Shown here: positions 37,664 through 48,288 of the stretch, piece by piece
Layout: each line of letters begins with the position of its first letter
How positions within the stretch are numbered: position 1 is the stretch's first letter
Sequence record: OP557969.1
DNA length: 64,000 nucleotides
Direction: 5' to 3' (one strand)
Notes under the pieces: generated by a model
The model's input: the letters and a program-made list of their open reading frames with translations, nothing else
Told to the model about the DNA's origin: nothing
Database searches by the model: none
Program-made: the position numbers and the translations under genes

Positions 37664-38023
37664 ATGGCTAAAACAATTTCTTTAAAAAATGAAAAGGTAG
37701 GACAACGAAAAGATGGTTTCTATGGTTTTTCTTGGACTACATTATTTTTTGGACCTTTCCCTGCATTGTTTCGTGGTGACTTTATTACGTTCATCGGTGC
37801 ATTTGTAATTTACTTCATCCTCAACGCAGTGTCTTTTTGGATTGTGGGTACAATTGCAATGGTCGTGTGGGCGTTTATTTACAATAAGTACTACACGGTG
37901 AATCTCATCAAGAATGGGTATAAATTCAATGGTACACATGAAGAAAATGCTGAAGCTGCAATGGCTTTGCAAATTGATTTGAATAAAAACAACACAGTTG
38001 ATAAAAATAAAGATCCTGAGTAA
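37664..38023 (+). CDS. Membrane protein (DUF2628/HrgC-like)
   Basis: GFSWTTLFFGPFPALFRGD ... YNKYY...GY. Confidence 0.7.
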   Translation: MAKTISLKNEKVGQRKDGFYGFSWTTLFFGPFPALFRGDFITFIGAFVIYFILNAVSFWIVGTIAMVVWAFIYNKYYTVNLIKNGYKFNGTHEENAEAAMALQIDLNKNNTVDKNKDPE

Positions 38024-38242
38024 ATGGAAAAATATGATATAATTTACGATTATTACGGTAAGGCTTATATGAAGTGTGGACGTTATGTTGAACTCTCTAA
38101 TAGAGAATCAATAGATCCCCACACTCTTATAACAATTCATAACTCGTACTATAAAAAAGTTACAATAGCTAATTTCGCTACCTACGTAAATAATCCGTTA
38201 TTTCCTTACATTATTCAGTACTACTGTCGAGTTATAAAATAA
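38024..38242 (+). CDS. Hypothetical protein
   Basis: ORF track. Confidence 0.65.
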   Translation: MEKYDIIYDYYGKAYMKCGRYVELSNRESIDPHTLITIHNSYYKKVTIANFATYVNNPLFPYIIQYYCRVIK

Positions 38243-38253
38243 GGTAAAAAGAC

Positions 38254-38664
38254 ATGTTAGCCGATGATTTTATGTCTCTAAGTACCAAAATATTTGATAT
38301 ATTAGGGGATGAAATAGATTTTCATCTAAATGATACAACTATACCATTCGAAGATGGTGGTTATTTTTTCGCAATTGGTTATAAGTACAATGTTGATTTT
38401 TCAATTCCGGTTCCTGATGGAAGTGATTATGCAGAATCAACATATTTTGAATTTCAGTTCAGTGGGCATACTGAGCGTTTACTAACATATAGACGTAAAG
38501 GAAATTTCAGTAGGCCAGAGATCATATTAATGGATTTTGAAAAACGCATAGAACTTGCAAAGAATAATCCATTTATTAGTACTTACGCGTTAAACCAACT
38601 TATTGAACTATTTGATGGCTATCCAGACAGAATACGAGGGTCGTTACGTATAAATGCAGAATGA
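38254..38664 (+). CDS. Hypothetical protein
   Basis: ORF track; SD AAGGT. Confidence 0.75.
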   Translation: MLADDFMSLSTKIFDILGDEIDFHLNDTTIPFEDGGYFFAIGYKYNVDFSIPVPDGSDYAESTYFEFQFSGHTERLLTYRRKGNFSRPEIILMDFEKRIELAKNNPFISTYALNQLIELFDGYPDRIRGSLRINAE

Positions 38665-38839
38665 AATCTTTAAAAAAGAATACGATGGTGAAAGCCTTTA
38701 TGATATTCAGAGAGATGTTCATGAAGCCTTTGATTCAAAATTTAACCCATTAGCTGAACAAATCCCACAAGATGAATTTGGTTTTCAGGAAGGCACTTTC
38801 ACAGTGACTATTACATGGAGTCCAGATGAGACTAGCTAA
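38654..38839 (+). CDS. Small acidic hypothetical protein
   Basis: ORF track. Confidence 0.7.
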   Translation: MQNEIFKKEYDGESLYDIQRDVHEAFDSKFNPLAEQIPQDEFGFQEGTFTVTITWSPDETS

Positions 38840-38942
38840 ACTTGTCATAGGGTGTAGTGCAATTGCTGCATATATGATTTTTTCACCTCCAACCAATGTA
38901 TTACTGCTAATTTGGGCGGTTGTTATATTAGCAGTACTTTAA
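38826..38942 (+). CDS. Small membrane peptide (38 aa)
   Basis: MRLAKLVIGCSAIAAYMIFSPPTNVLLLIWAVVILAVL; SD GGAG. Confidence 0.55.
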   Translation: MRLAKLVIGCSAIAAYMIFSPPTNVLLLIWAVVILAVL

Positions 38943-38973
38943 AGCACCCCATAGTGGGTGTTTTTCTTTTTTT
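38941..38973 (+). terminator. Intrinsic terminator
   Basis: AAAGCACCC/GGGTGTTTT plus long T tract. Confidence 0.85.
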
Positions 38974-39002
38974 GTACAAATAAAAAGCAATGTCTCAATT
39001 CC

Positions 39003-39044
39003 TTGATATAGGTCAAGAGAAATAACCAGCTATTACGCTATAAT
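39003..39044 (+). promoter_or_regulatory. Putative FNR-dependent class II promoter of the nrdD operon
   Basis: TTGAT-ATAG-GTCAA (9/10 match to TTGAT-N4-ATCAA) ending 22 nt before TATAAT (39039-39044). Confidence 0.6.
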
Positions 39045-39106
39045 GCTTTCTGTTGTTGTTAAATAACTTCACCCCCAGATGATTTCAAAAATACAAGGAG
39101 TGTACT

Positions 39107-40912
39107 GTGCAATTGAATAAATTATACACGGACGTAACGAATTTTCTAAACCAGAGTAATACTGATCTTACAAATGAAAACGCAAATAAAGATGCCAAAT
39201 GTGTAAATACACACAGAGATTTACTTGCTGGTATCTTATCTAAACATTATTCACAAGATGTTATTCCAAAGGATCTAATGCAGTGGCACAATGATGGATA
39301 TGGTCACATTCATGATTTGGACTACTATATTAGTCCATTAACAAACTGTTGTTTGGTTAATTATCCAGATATGCTTAAACATGGGTTTACTATCGGGTGT
39401 GCTAAAATCGAAGAACCAAAGAGTTTTAGTGTAGCATGTACGGTGCTAACACAGATTGTACAAGCTGTTGCAAGTTCCCAATATGGTGGTCAATCGTTGG
39501 CTCACATTGATGTCGGATTGGAACCTTATGTACAAAAGTCTTGGGAAAAGTTATTAGAAAAACAAAAGAAATATAATCTAAGCGATGATTTTATTGAAGA
39601 AGAATTACGAAAAGAAGTATATGATGGGTGTCAAACATTACTATATCAGACCAATTCAATGATTAGCACTAATGGACAAGCTGCATTCATTTCTCTTAGT
39701 TTAGGACTTAATACTTCCAAATTTGGAAAATTAATCACTGAACAGTACTTGAAAGTTCACGAGAATGGTTTAGGTAAAGATAAGATTACACCAGTGTTTC
39801 CTAAAGTTATTTTCTTTCTACAAGATGGTATTAACATGAATGTCAATGATAGTAATTATGATCTTAAACAGTTAGCTATGCGTTGTGCATCAAAAAGAAT
39901 CTATCCAGATTTTGTTTCAGTACCATTAAATCATAAAGTGACGGGAAGTAGTAGCACTGCGGTAACACCGATGGGCTGTCGTTCATTCTTAGGAAAATGG
40001 GAAGATTCAAATGGAAATGAACAATACAACGGTCGCTTCAATTTAGGTGTAGTTTCTATCAATTTACCACTAATTGCTCTTGAAAGTGCCTCAGATGGAG
40101 AGTTTTTTGATAAAATAGACGAGCATATGAATATTGCATATCGTGCTCAGATGAACCGCGTAGAGCGTTTAAAAGGTACAAAAGCGAAACAGAATCCAAT
40201 TTTGTTTATGGAAGGTGCATTAACACGTTTAAGTGCAGAAGAAACTATTGACAAGCTATTTTACAATGGTTATGCTAGTATTAGTATTGGTTATGTTGGA
40301 CTTGTTGAATGTTCGGAAATCCTCACTGGTTCTATCAGTAAGGAGTTTTGTATGTCAGTACTGAATTATATGAAAGTAAAATGCGATGAGTTCAAAAAAG
40401 AAAGTAATATTGCTTTTAGTCTATATGGAACTCCAGCAGAGTCGCTTTGTTATAAATTTGCACGTTGCATTGAAGCAAAATATCCTTCAGTTCTCAAACG
40501 AGATTTCATTACAAATTCATTCCATCAACCAGTATGGGTTGAAAGTTCCGCTTTTGAAAAGTGGGATTATGAGGAAAACTTTGCGTATCTAAGCAATGGT
40601 GGGAATATTAGCTATGTTGAAACACCAAACCTGGCTAATAATATACAAGCACTTGAAACATTGATCAATTATGCATATGATAAAATTCCATATTTTGGAA
40701 TTAATCAGAAAGTAGATAAGTGTTTTGAATGTAATTTTGAGGGAGAATTTAGTGTAGATAAAAATGGTTTTCATTGCCCTGTATGTAATAACAGAAATGA
40801 GCGAACAATGTCTGTTATACGTAGGGTATCTGGATATCTTAGTGCACCAAATAGTCGCCCGTTTAATAAAGGTAAACAAGCTGAAGTAATTCAGCGTATA
40901 CAGCATATGTAA
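39107..40912 (+). CDS. nrdD: Anaerobic (class III) ribonucleotide reductase, large subunit
   Basis: NENANKD, HIHDLDY, NCC, PMGCRS, TPAESLC, C-terminal CxxC..CxxC and RRVSGYL glycyl-radical motif; GTG start. Confidence 0.96.
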   Translation: MQLNKLYTDVTNFLNQSNTDLTNENANKDAKCVNTHRDLLAGILSKHYSQDVIPKDLMQWHNDGYGHIHDLDYYISPLTNCCLVNYPDMLKHGFTIGCAKIEEPKSFSVACTVLTQIVQAVASSQYGGQSLAHIDVGLEPYVQKSWEKLLEKQKKYNLSDDFIEEELRKEVYDGCQTLLYQTNSMISTNGQAAFISLSLGLNTSKFGKLITEQYLKVHENGLGKDKITPVFPKVIFFLQDGINMNVNDSNYDLKQLAMRCASKRIYPDFVSVPLNHKVTGSSSTAVTPMGCRSFLGKWEDSNGNEQYNGRFNLGVVSINLPLIALESASDGEFFDKIDEHMNIAYRAQMNRVERLKGTKAKQNPILFMEGALTRLSAEETIDKLFYNGYASISIGYVGLVECSEILTGSISKEFCMSVLNYMKVKCDEFKKESNIAFSLYGTPAESLCYKFARCIEAKYPSVLKRDFITNSFHQPVWVESSAFEKWDYEENFAYLSNGGNISYVETPNLANNIQALETLINYAYDKIPYFGINQKVDKCFECNFEGEFSVDKNGFHCPVCNNRNERTMSVIRRVSGYLSAPNSRPFNKGKQAEVIQRIQHM

Positions 40913-40923
40913 GGAGATATATT

Positions 40924-41286
40924 ATGTCAATTCAAGGTAAACAAGTAATGTCAGGTGAGCACATCGGAACCATCATGCTGGTGGATAATGATATTGCACG
41001 TATTATTGTATCTAAAACATTTTCAGAAAATGATGAAGTACTTTTGAGTACTTTTGACGGCGAAGAACTTCGTGACGTTCAGGTTAAACATGAACCTGGT
41101 ATTGAAGGTGGTCAGCATTTGAATGTAAATGTTCTATCTAAAGAACAACTCATTGATGCACAAAATAACCCTGAAAAGTATCCACAGCTTACTATTCGTG
41201 TTAGTGGTTATGCAGTACGTTTCAATTCACTAACAAAAGAACAACAAGATGATGTAATTTCTCGTACATTCACAAAAGAACTATGA
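40924..41286 (+). CDS. grcA: Autonomous glycyl radical cofactor
   Basis: [32 protein letters not shown]. Confidence 0.95.
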   Translation: MSIQGKQVMSGEHIGTIMLVDNDIARIIVSKTFSENDEVLLSTFDGEELRDVQVKHEPGIEGGQHLNVNVLSKEQLIDAQNNPEKYPQLTIRVSGYAVRFNSLTKEQQDDVISRTFTKEL

Positions 41287-41612
41287 TGGATTTAAAACCA
41301 ATTGTAGTGAACAAATACAAAGAACCGTATGATGTGTACATTGGTCGTGGGTCTAAATGGGGTAACCCATTTACCCATATCAATGATAAACAGACAAAAG
41401 CCGAATTCATTGTTGCTACAAGGGAAGAATCAATTGAAAAATTCCGAGAATACATTATTGACCGTATTTCTAATGGCGAAATTAAAATTGATGATTTACT
41501 TGAATTAGCAGGTAAACGTCTTGGATGTTTCTGCAAACCAAAATCATGTCACGGCGATGTTCTTGTTGAAATAGTGAGTGCAATATTAGATGAATTACCA
41601 GACGATAATTAA
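41283..41612 (+). CDS. DUF4326-family protein
   Basis: [14 protein letters not shown] ... [20 protein letters not shown]. Confidence 0.85.
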   Translation: MMDLKPIVVNKYKEPYDVYIGRGSKWGNPFTHINDKQTKAEFIVATREESIEKFREYIIDRISNGEIKIDDLLELAGKRLGCFCKPKSCHGDVLVEIVSAILDELPDDN

Positions 41613-42069
41613 AGATGACCTTATTAATGGTGAGGGGGTGAGGTGCTCCCTTTTTGTTAGTGGGTGTAGCCATTGTTGTGCCAAATGCTTCAACGAAAAG
41701 GCATGGGATTATAGAAGTGGCCAAGAGTTCAGTACTGAAACAATTGATATAATTTTAGCTGAACTCAGTAAACCGTACATTAGTGGGTTATCACTACTTG
41801 GTGGAGATCCACTAATGAAAAAGAACATCGAAACAATTTTAGAACTATGTAAAATTGTAAAAGATACTTATCCAAATAAAACTATTTGGTGCTGGAGTGG
41901 GTATACTTTAGAAGAGATTATGGATAATCATGCATCTCCAATACTGGAGTACATAGATGTATTGGTTGATGGTAAATTCATAGAAGCAGAAAAGAATTTA
42001 GAATTACCATTTAGAGGCTCTAATAATCAACGTATTCTTCGCAAAGGCGTAGATTATGCATTATCTTGA
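41590..42069 (+). CDS. nrdG: Anaerobic RNR activase (radical SAM)
   Basis: NGEGVRCSLFVSGCSHCCAKCFN, LGGDP, LVDGKF, FRGSNNQR. Confidence 0.95.
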   Translation: MNYQTIIKDDLINGEGVRCSLFVSGCSHCCAKCFNEKAWDYRSGQEFSTETIDIILAELSKPYISGLSLLGGDPLMKKNIETILELCKIVKDTYPNKTIWCWSGYTLEEIMDNHASPILEYIDVLVDGKFIEAEKNLELPFRGSNNQRILRKGVDYALS

Positions 42070-42097
42070 TATTACAGAAATGTGGAAATATATGAAG

Positions 42098-42121
42098 AAG
42101 CACCCTTTGGGTGCTTTTTTT
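42098..42121 (+). terminator. Intrinsic terminator
   Basis: AAGCACCC/GGGTGCTT plus T tract. Confidence 0.85.
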
Positions 42122-42128
42122 ATAATAT

Positions 42129-42136
42129 TATAAATA
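42129..42136 (+). promoter_or_regulatory. T4-type late promoter TATAAATA
   Basis: Exact match just after terminator, before the fibre-like cluster. Confidence 0.75.
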
Positions 42137-42167
42137 CACTATGAATATCTAGATAGAAGGGATATAT

Positions 42168-44867
42168 ATGGCAAATAAAATATATGGTGGTATTGATGTT
42201 ACACACAATGTCACAGTAAAAGGTAAGAGAAGTGCTCAGAGCATCAATGATGACGTATTTGATGAAAACGGCAATCTCACAATAGATGCATATACACAAA
42301 ATGATATGTTAGAAATGGTTGGTATGTTACCAATTTCTCGTTATGGTACACAAAACTATCTACCTGCTGGGGTTAATGGTACAACAGTTGGTTCTTCAGA
42401 AAATATTAATTCCAGAAATACAAAATTATTTTTGGAAGATGATAACACTTTAGTAATGTTACGTCCAGGTACTAATGGTAGTACTCAAGGTGTTTATTAT
42501 AGTTATATGACCCAAGCAGTAGGTACAACAAATACAAGTCGTATGGTTAATACTACTCGTGCATATAAACCCAATTACTTTGGTGCAGCATACGCAGTTT
42601 ATTTGTACCCAAGTAGTAATGATATTACTTGCGGTTTAGTGAGAATGGAGAATACCGATGGTACATATGTTGATAAAGTTTTTGTGTCAGATAATAATGG
42701 TACATTGAATGATGCAATGCACACTGGTATTATTCTATCAGATCATACAGCAGTACAACCTTTTGGTGCAATACAATTTGTTATTCGTGCAGAAGATGGT
42801 GCATTATATTTTTTTAGTTTAGACACACCAAATAATACTCTTAAAATATCCGTTACTAAAGTTACTTTTAGTCCAAGTAATAACCCAGGTGGTGGTACTT
42901 ATAGTATTACTAGAATTACTGGTTGGACTACAAGAACTTTTTATAATGCAATGATAGCTGATGAGAACATTGTTCCTACGATGAAAATAAATTCAACAAA
43001 TACCAATGATACTCCATACGTTTTAATTCCAAGCGGTATTATTGGGTTTGGTGTTTATATGACAGATCCAGATTTATATGTTGCACAGAGATCAGGTACA
43101 TCTACATTCAAATTTAGATTATGTGGTGATATGTGGATGAGTAATGGTAGATATGACATACGACCACAACATAGTTTTAGTATGACTTTTGATGTTGCAA
43201 CGAAGCAATGTGCACTCGATAATATGACAACGACTACACCAGTTGCTGTTTATGACAATGGTTCTAGCATGAATGCAACTGGACCTTGCTTGACAACTGA
43301 CCCATTTTATCTTCATGCAGGTGCACGTAATATTTTCAGTAATTATTGCTATATTCCATCAACAGGGGATGCGTTTTGTTCATTTTCACCAAACCTAGCA
43401 GAACCATTGAATTTATCATATGCAAAATACCCACCAAAATCTTTATTTGATTTGATGGATGTTAGAAGTGTGTCAGCAACTAATTTTATTAATGGTGTAG
43501 TAACACCAAGATTTGGTTCAGCAGTTGGGTCATACCAAGTAGGTGTAGAGTTATTACCAAATAACAGTACTAAACAATATTCAAGACGTTCTGGTGATGG
43601 TCGTTTTTTTCCATCCTATGCTGTTCATAAATCTACACCAAACTTTACATTCAAGTCGTTGAATTATGGTACAGTACCTGGTTATGAACCAACACCTGAC
43701 AGAAATTTCATAACCACACCAGAATCACGCATTTTTATAAGTTCAATATCTGGTTCAAACGTCACTACTAATGGTGGTGTTTTGGTTGCTGACATTAGAA
43801 CATCAACACCAATTAGTTTTGATTATAAAGGTAATGTACTGAATAATGGTACAATCAGTATGTCTCAAGATATAATGAATGCTATTAGGAATTCAGAATT
43901 TGCTAAAGTTGCTGGTTCTTGGGATATATCCCCAGCATCAGTAAAAACATTATCAGTTTTCGTTCCACAACAAACTGATATTCCTGTTTTCGCGGTTCTT
44001 GCTGCAACAACTAATTCCAGAGGACTATATATTCGTATGATTGAATTAGGTGTTAATACAAGAACAGGAGATATTACAACGTGGGCATTTAAACGTTTAG
44101 TACATGAAAGTGTTCAAGCTCTGGATTACAAAACTGATGCCGGATATTATCTTGATAGTGGAAGTATTGGTATTACTATATATGATGCTGGTTCTTTTTA
44201 CTTCATTGGTGGTGGTATTCCAGGTTTCTTTCCTACAGTTGGTAATACAGCTTCACCTTTTTTTCGTGCTACTGTAGATAAAGCAAGTAAGCAATTTAAT
44301 AATTTCCATATAGCTGGTAATCGACCTATCTATGCATTAGACGGTCAACCATTTGCTTTACCTGGTATTGGATTTGGTATTCTTCAAAGTATAGATCTTC
44401 AAAACAAAACTATTTTTAGAAAGTATGGAACTACATTAGAAGATTATAATGCATGGACTGATAAAGGAGATCCATTCATTTGCGTTGTTTCACAAGACGT
44501 TGCTCAAGGTTTTATTATATACTTCACTGAAGAGACACCAGTACTGATATCAGGTAAGCACTATACATTACCAATATCAAATATTGATTTAACAAAAGTG
44601 AAAGCAAATCCTGCGAATACTACATTTTATGTGTATATTAAATTAGTGCAGGGTATTGCAAAGTATCATATATCAACAACTGAATTAGCTGAAACTCAGT
44701 CAATATTCTGGATTGGTACAGTGAAAACTAATGATTTACAAATAACCGAAATTAATATCGTTAAACGTTCTCGTTTAGATCTGTTTGGTGCATCCTATGA
44801 CGCTGCCGGAAGTTCATTCCCAGTTAGTTCTGGTTTCCCTTCAGGTTCTGGTAATGTGAATTGGTAA
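42168..44867 (+). CDS. Putative virion fibre/appendage protein (long paralogue 1)
   Basis: 899 aa, Gly/Ser/Thr/aromatic-rich; shares N- and C-terminal domains with the next two ORFs; late promoter. Confidence 0.7.
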   Translation: MANKIYGGIDVTHNVTVKGKRSAQSINDDVFDENGNLTIDAYTQNDMLEMVGMLPISRYGTQNYLPAGVNGTTVGSSENINSRNTKLFLEDDNTLVMLRPGTNGSTQGVYYSYMTQAVGTTNTSRMVNTTRAYKPNYFGAAYAVYLYPSSNDITCGLVRMENTDGTYVDKVFVSDNNGTLNDAMHTGIILSDHTAVQPFGAIQFVIRAEDGALYFFSLDTPNNTLKISVTKVTFSPSNNPGGGTYSITRITGWTTRTFYNAMIADENIVPTMKINSTNTNDTPYVLIPSGIIGFGVYMTDPDLYVAQRSGTSTFKFRLCGDMWMSNGRYDIRPQHSFSMTFDVATKQCALDNMTTTTPVAVYDNGSSMNATGPCLTTDPFYLHAGARNIFSNYCYIPSTGDAFCSFSPNLAEPLNLSYAKYPPKSLFDLMDVRSVSATNFINGVVTPRFGSAVGSYQVGVELLPNNSTKQYSRRSGDGRFFPSYAVHKSTPNFTFKSLNYGTVPGYEPTPDRNFITTPESRIFISSISGSNVTTNGGVLVADIRTSTPISFDYKGNVLNNGTISMSQDIMNAIRNSEFAKVAGSWDISPASVKTLSVFVPQQTDIPVFAVLAATTNSRGLYIRMIELGVNTRTGDITTWAFKRLVHESVQALDYKTDAGYYLDSGSIGITIYDAGSFYFIGGGIPGFFPTVGNTASPFFRATVDKASKQFNNFHIAGNRPIYALDGQPFALPGIGFGILQSIDLQNKTIFRKYGTTLEDYNAWTDKGDPFICVVSQDVAQGFIIYFTEETPVLISGKHYTLPISNIDLTKVKANPANTTFYVYIKLVQGIAKYHISTTELAETQSIFWIGTVKTNDLQITEINIVKRSRLDLFGASYDAAGSSFPVSSGFPSGSGNVNW

Positions 44868-44877
44868 TGGAGAGAAT

Positions 44878-45468
44878 ATGTCTTATAAATTTAGAGCAGA
44901 TGTGGAAGCTTATGCTTCCGTTAAATCACAAGGAAAAAATACTGGGACCACGATAACTGTTCGTTCTGGTAATGTGTATCAAGCTGATGCAAATGGGAAT
45001 ATTGATATACCAGTCATGAGTACAGATGATGTGAATTACATTACCAGTTCGTTTCCGTTATCACAATTTGGACCACTTTACAGTGATGAACCATTAGGTA
45101 TTACTTCTGCGGGTTTCAATTTAACTTTCAGCAAAGAATTACCGTTATTCATGGCGGGAGCGGCGTATACCCTCCCAGCAAAAACAATAACAGATCCTGG
45201 TGTTTCTGGTACTAATATTGAAACACATTATGTATATGTTATATTAGATGTTGGGGTAGCTGACTACCTCATTTCTAAAACTCAACGACCTGAAAGTAGT
45301 GTTAATATGTACATCGGAAAACTAACAGTTTTCCCAGATGGCATTACAGGGGTCAGTATAAATAAAGTGTCAAGATTTGACAACTTCAGAGTAAGTTCTA
45401 CAAAAATTGGTTCAGCTATCCCTATCAGTTCTGGTTCACCAGATGTGAATGGTATGATAGAATGGTAA
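44878..45468 (+). CDS. Short paralogue of the fibre-like proteins (N- and C-domains only)
   Basis: PLSQFG joined almost directly to GFNLTF...GSAIPISSGSP...W. Confidence 0.75.
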   Translation: MSYKFRADVEAYASVKSQGKNTGTTITVRSGNVYQADANGNIDIPVMSTDDVNYITSSFPLSQFGPLYSDEPLGITSAGFNLTFSKELPLFMAGAAYTLPAKTITDPGVSGTNIETHYVYVILDVGVADYLISKTQRPESSVNMYIGKLTVFPDGITGVSINKVSRFDNFRVSSTKIGSAIPISSGSPDVNGMIEW

Positions 45469-45478
45469 AGGAATATAT

Positions 45479-48220
45479 ATGGCTTCTAGACGAATTATAG
45501 GAAACGCAGATATACTAGGGAATTTAAAAATTAATGGAAAGTATGCATTACGTTCCCTTAATGGTGTTCCTGCTGACTCTGCTGGTAAAATCACTTATCA
45601 ATATTATGACAAAGCGGAAGTAAATCAGATATTTGATATGCTTCCAGTTTCAAGGGTAGGTGATCAAGATTACCTACCAATGAGTATTAACGGTACTTTT
45701 GAAGGTGCTTCTTCCTTTTCATTTGCAAAAATAATGCAACCTTGTATCATTGAAAATGATGGAACTGGTGTAATTTTACGTGCAGGTACAAATGGAAGTT
45801 CTTATGGTTACTATTATACTTATATTAAAAATATAAGAGATATAGAAACACTAACTCAAGATAATATAATTACAACCAATACGATGTATAGACCGTCTGT
45901 GCTACCAAGTACTGATTACATTTATGAATTTTATGGGTCAAATGCATATGAATTACTATTTTGGGAATCAACTGATAGAACATCATATTACCTTACATTA
46001 ACAAATGAAACATTGAATGAATCAGCACACAAGCATTGCAGAATTCCAAAAACAGCAATAACAAATAAACCAATATATGCACACATCGTAAATGATTCAG
46101 TTTATATATGGTGTATGGATTCAAGTGTATTTAGTAGTGTTCGCGGGTGTGCATTTATTATATACACAGTACCTTTAACTGCATTTAATACTGGTTCAGT
46201 TTCTACCGTAACACAGATTGGTGGTTATTCAGGAAGAACTATAAGAGATGCAACATATACTGCATCTAATAATATTCGCGTTTATGATAGCTATTCTATT
46301 TTAGGTTCAGGTGGTGATGCACTAATAGTATATGATAATGGTATTTCCAGAATAGATTATTGGGAAAATAACGTATTTAATACCCAAGCAGTTCTTAGCC
46401 CAGATGGTACAAAAATAAGAGTTGCGATCTATCCAGGATTCCGTGTTTTCACTGAAACAAAAACATCTAGTGTATATGCACTTGGTATTAGCTTTACATA
46501 TGATATCAGTACTAAAACAATGACACTTGACGGTTCTGAACGTGGTCCAATCAGAGTATCAGCTAATACATCAACTGGTAGTATAACAGTAAGAAACCCG
46601 TTTTCAATCAATATGGAAAACTTTACAGGGTTTTATGACGGTGCACTTGGCAACTATGGTTCAATCTGTCAAACTTCTGATGGTTTTGTTTTCACCACCA
46701 AAGCAAGATGGACATCCACACCAACATATGCAGTACAAACATACAAAGTTTCTGGTACACCTTATGATAGTTGGGTCGCTAAAACACGTACTGCTAGTAA
46801 TTTAAAACGTGTCGAAGTAATGCCAGTTTATGGTTCCCCTGTCGGTGAAAACTTAATAGGTGTTCGTTTCGTAGATAAACGTAAGATACTTGTTGCATGT
46901 TCTGGCACTGCTGATGGAATTTCTTATGGTTATGATAGTACAGTTTTTACTGAAATAGGTGAGAATCCGACTTATGTTTATAAAAACTTGGAACAAAATA
47001 CCACAATGAATGGTTTTGCACCATCAAGTAATAGACACTATTTAAGTACTGATTACAAATATGCAGGTATGATAACATTGGTTGATGCAAATGGAAATGT
47101 CAGCACTTATGGTTCTTCGTTAATAGAAGACATCGATAAACCAGCGTATGGAAAATTCGACCCAGTTACAATGGACTTCGACAGTAATAGATATGAAATT
47201 TCAGGAACAACATTATCAAGTATAGGTGATAATGCAATCGCTAAAGCTGGATTGTCTGGAATAACTGATCATAAAACTGTTTTTTATTATGTACCTGATA
47301 CTACATATTCTAAATCGATTGCAGTCACTTCTGCATTAAACGGTACTACCAATGTGTGTTATATTATTTTTTCCGAAATATCATGTAGTGCAGTTGGTAC
47401 AAGTGGTACTATAATTTTACGTGATATTAATGTTGATACAGCAAGATATACATCAATGACGAATACATTCCAAATTTCACCAAATGAAATGGTCAAACGT
47501 TGGGCTGGTATGACGGTTTCTAAGTTTAGTGGTTTTAACTACTTAGGTGTGAACATTTTATATGGCATTGATACCCCAGGTTGGACTCGTTATCCTAACA
47601 TGATTGCTAAAGTGAAAAATGGTATTATTTCAAGTCAACGATATATGGAAACAACTTATATTTCAAACGCACAATTTGATATAGGTACAATTCCAGGGAT
47701 TGGGTTTGGATATTACCAAATGAACAAAAACGATTATCAAACTAAATCAGTTTTTGCTGTATGTGGTACTACTGAAGCAGATATGGATAAACTAATATCT
47801 GGTAATGAAACGATATCACAGTACTTAGTTATTGCTTCACAGGACGTGGCACAAGGGTTTCATGTATACTTTTCACAAGAAGTACCAGTTTTCTTGGGTG
47901 GAAAGTTTGCAAAGATACCACCGACTATGATAGACTTATCTACTATAAGTACTACACCAGAGAATTCAACATTCTACATATATGCGGTGATGGATAGAGA
48001 TACATCCACAGCATCGTATCAGATATCACTACATCAATTATCAGAAACTATGACATCAACATACATTGGTAAGATAGTAACTAATAATAATGGTATTGCA
48101 TCAATCGAGTCTGAAAAAGTTTCCAGATTCTTGCTATACCGTCCAAGTACCTACAATCGTGGTTCTGCGATCCCAGCAAGTTCTGGTGTTCCGTCAGGAA
48201 CAGGTACACGTTGGAATTAA
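45479..48220 (+). CDS. Putative virion fibre/appendage protein (long paralogue 2)
   Basis: 913 aa; LPVSRVG, LRAGTNGS, SQDVAQGF, GSAIPASSGVPSGTG..W as in paralogue 1. Confidence 0.7.
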   Translation: MASRRIIGNADILGNLKINGKYALRSLNGVPADSAGKITYQYYDKAEVNQIFDMLPVSRVGDQDYLPMSINGTFEGASSFSFAKIMQPCIIENDGTGVILRAGTNGSSYGYYYTYIKNIRDIETLTQDNIITTNTMYRPSVLPSTDYIYEFYGSNAYELLFWESTDRTSYYLTLTNETLNESAHKHCRIPKTAITNKPIYAHIVNDSVYIWCMDSSVFSSVRGCAFIIYTVPLTAFNTGSVSTVTQIGGYSGRTIRDATYTASNNIRVYDSYSILGSGGDALIVYDNGISRIDYWENNVFNTQAVLSPDGTKIRVAIYPGFRVFTETKTSSVYALGISFTYDISTKTMTLDGSERGPIRVSANTSTGSITVRNPFSINMENFTGFYDGALGNYGSICQTSDGFVFTTKARWTSTPTYAVQTYKVSGTPYDSWVAKTRTASNLKRVEVMPVYGSPVGENLIGVRFVDKRKILVACSGTADGISYGYDSTVFTEIGENPTYVYKNLEQNTTMNGFAPSSNRHYLSTDYKYAGMITLVDANGNVSTYGSSLIEDIDKPAYGKFDPVTMDFDSNRYEISGTTLSSIGDNAIAKAGLSGITDHKTVFYYVPDTTYSKSIAVTSALNGTTNVCYIIFSEISCSAVGTSGTIILRDINVDTARYTSMTNTFQISPNEMVKRWAGMTVSKFSGFNYLGVNILYGIDTPGWTRYPNMIAKVKNGIISSQRYMETTYISNAQFDIGTIPGIGFGYYQMNKNDYQTKSVFAVCGTTEADMDKLISGNETISQYLVIASQDVAQGFHVYFSQEVPVFLGGKFAKIPPTMIDLSTISTTPENSTFYIYAVMDRDTSTASYQISLHQLSETMTSTYIGKIVTNNNGIASIESEKVSRFLLYRPSTYNRGSAIPASSGVPSGTGTRWN

Positions 48221-48224
48221 TTTT

Positions 48225-48254
48225 AAAGCTCGTCTATTGACGGGCTTTTCTTTT
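48225..48254 (+). terminator. Intrinsic terminator overlapping the next promoter
   Basis: AAAGCTCGTC/GACGGGCTTT plus T tract. Confidence 0.85.
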
Positions 48255-48265
48255 GTGTGTATAAT
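48237..48265 (+). promoter_or_regulatory. Sigma70-like promoter
   Basis: TTGACG-17 nt-TATAAT with TG upstream of -10. Confidence 0.65.
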
Positions 48266-48288
48266 ACAAAGAAATATAGGAGGAAATT

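Noticed and set aside
39107-40912. Self-splicing intron or intein in nrdD (also checked the ligase and phoH)
   Set aside because: Frames are continuous and of the expected length; no intein or group I signatures seen.
42168-48220. Diversity-generating retroelement acting on the fibre C-termini
   Set aside because: No reverse transcriptase and no near-identical TR/VR pair differing at adenines; similarity is at the protein level only.
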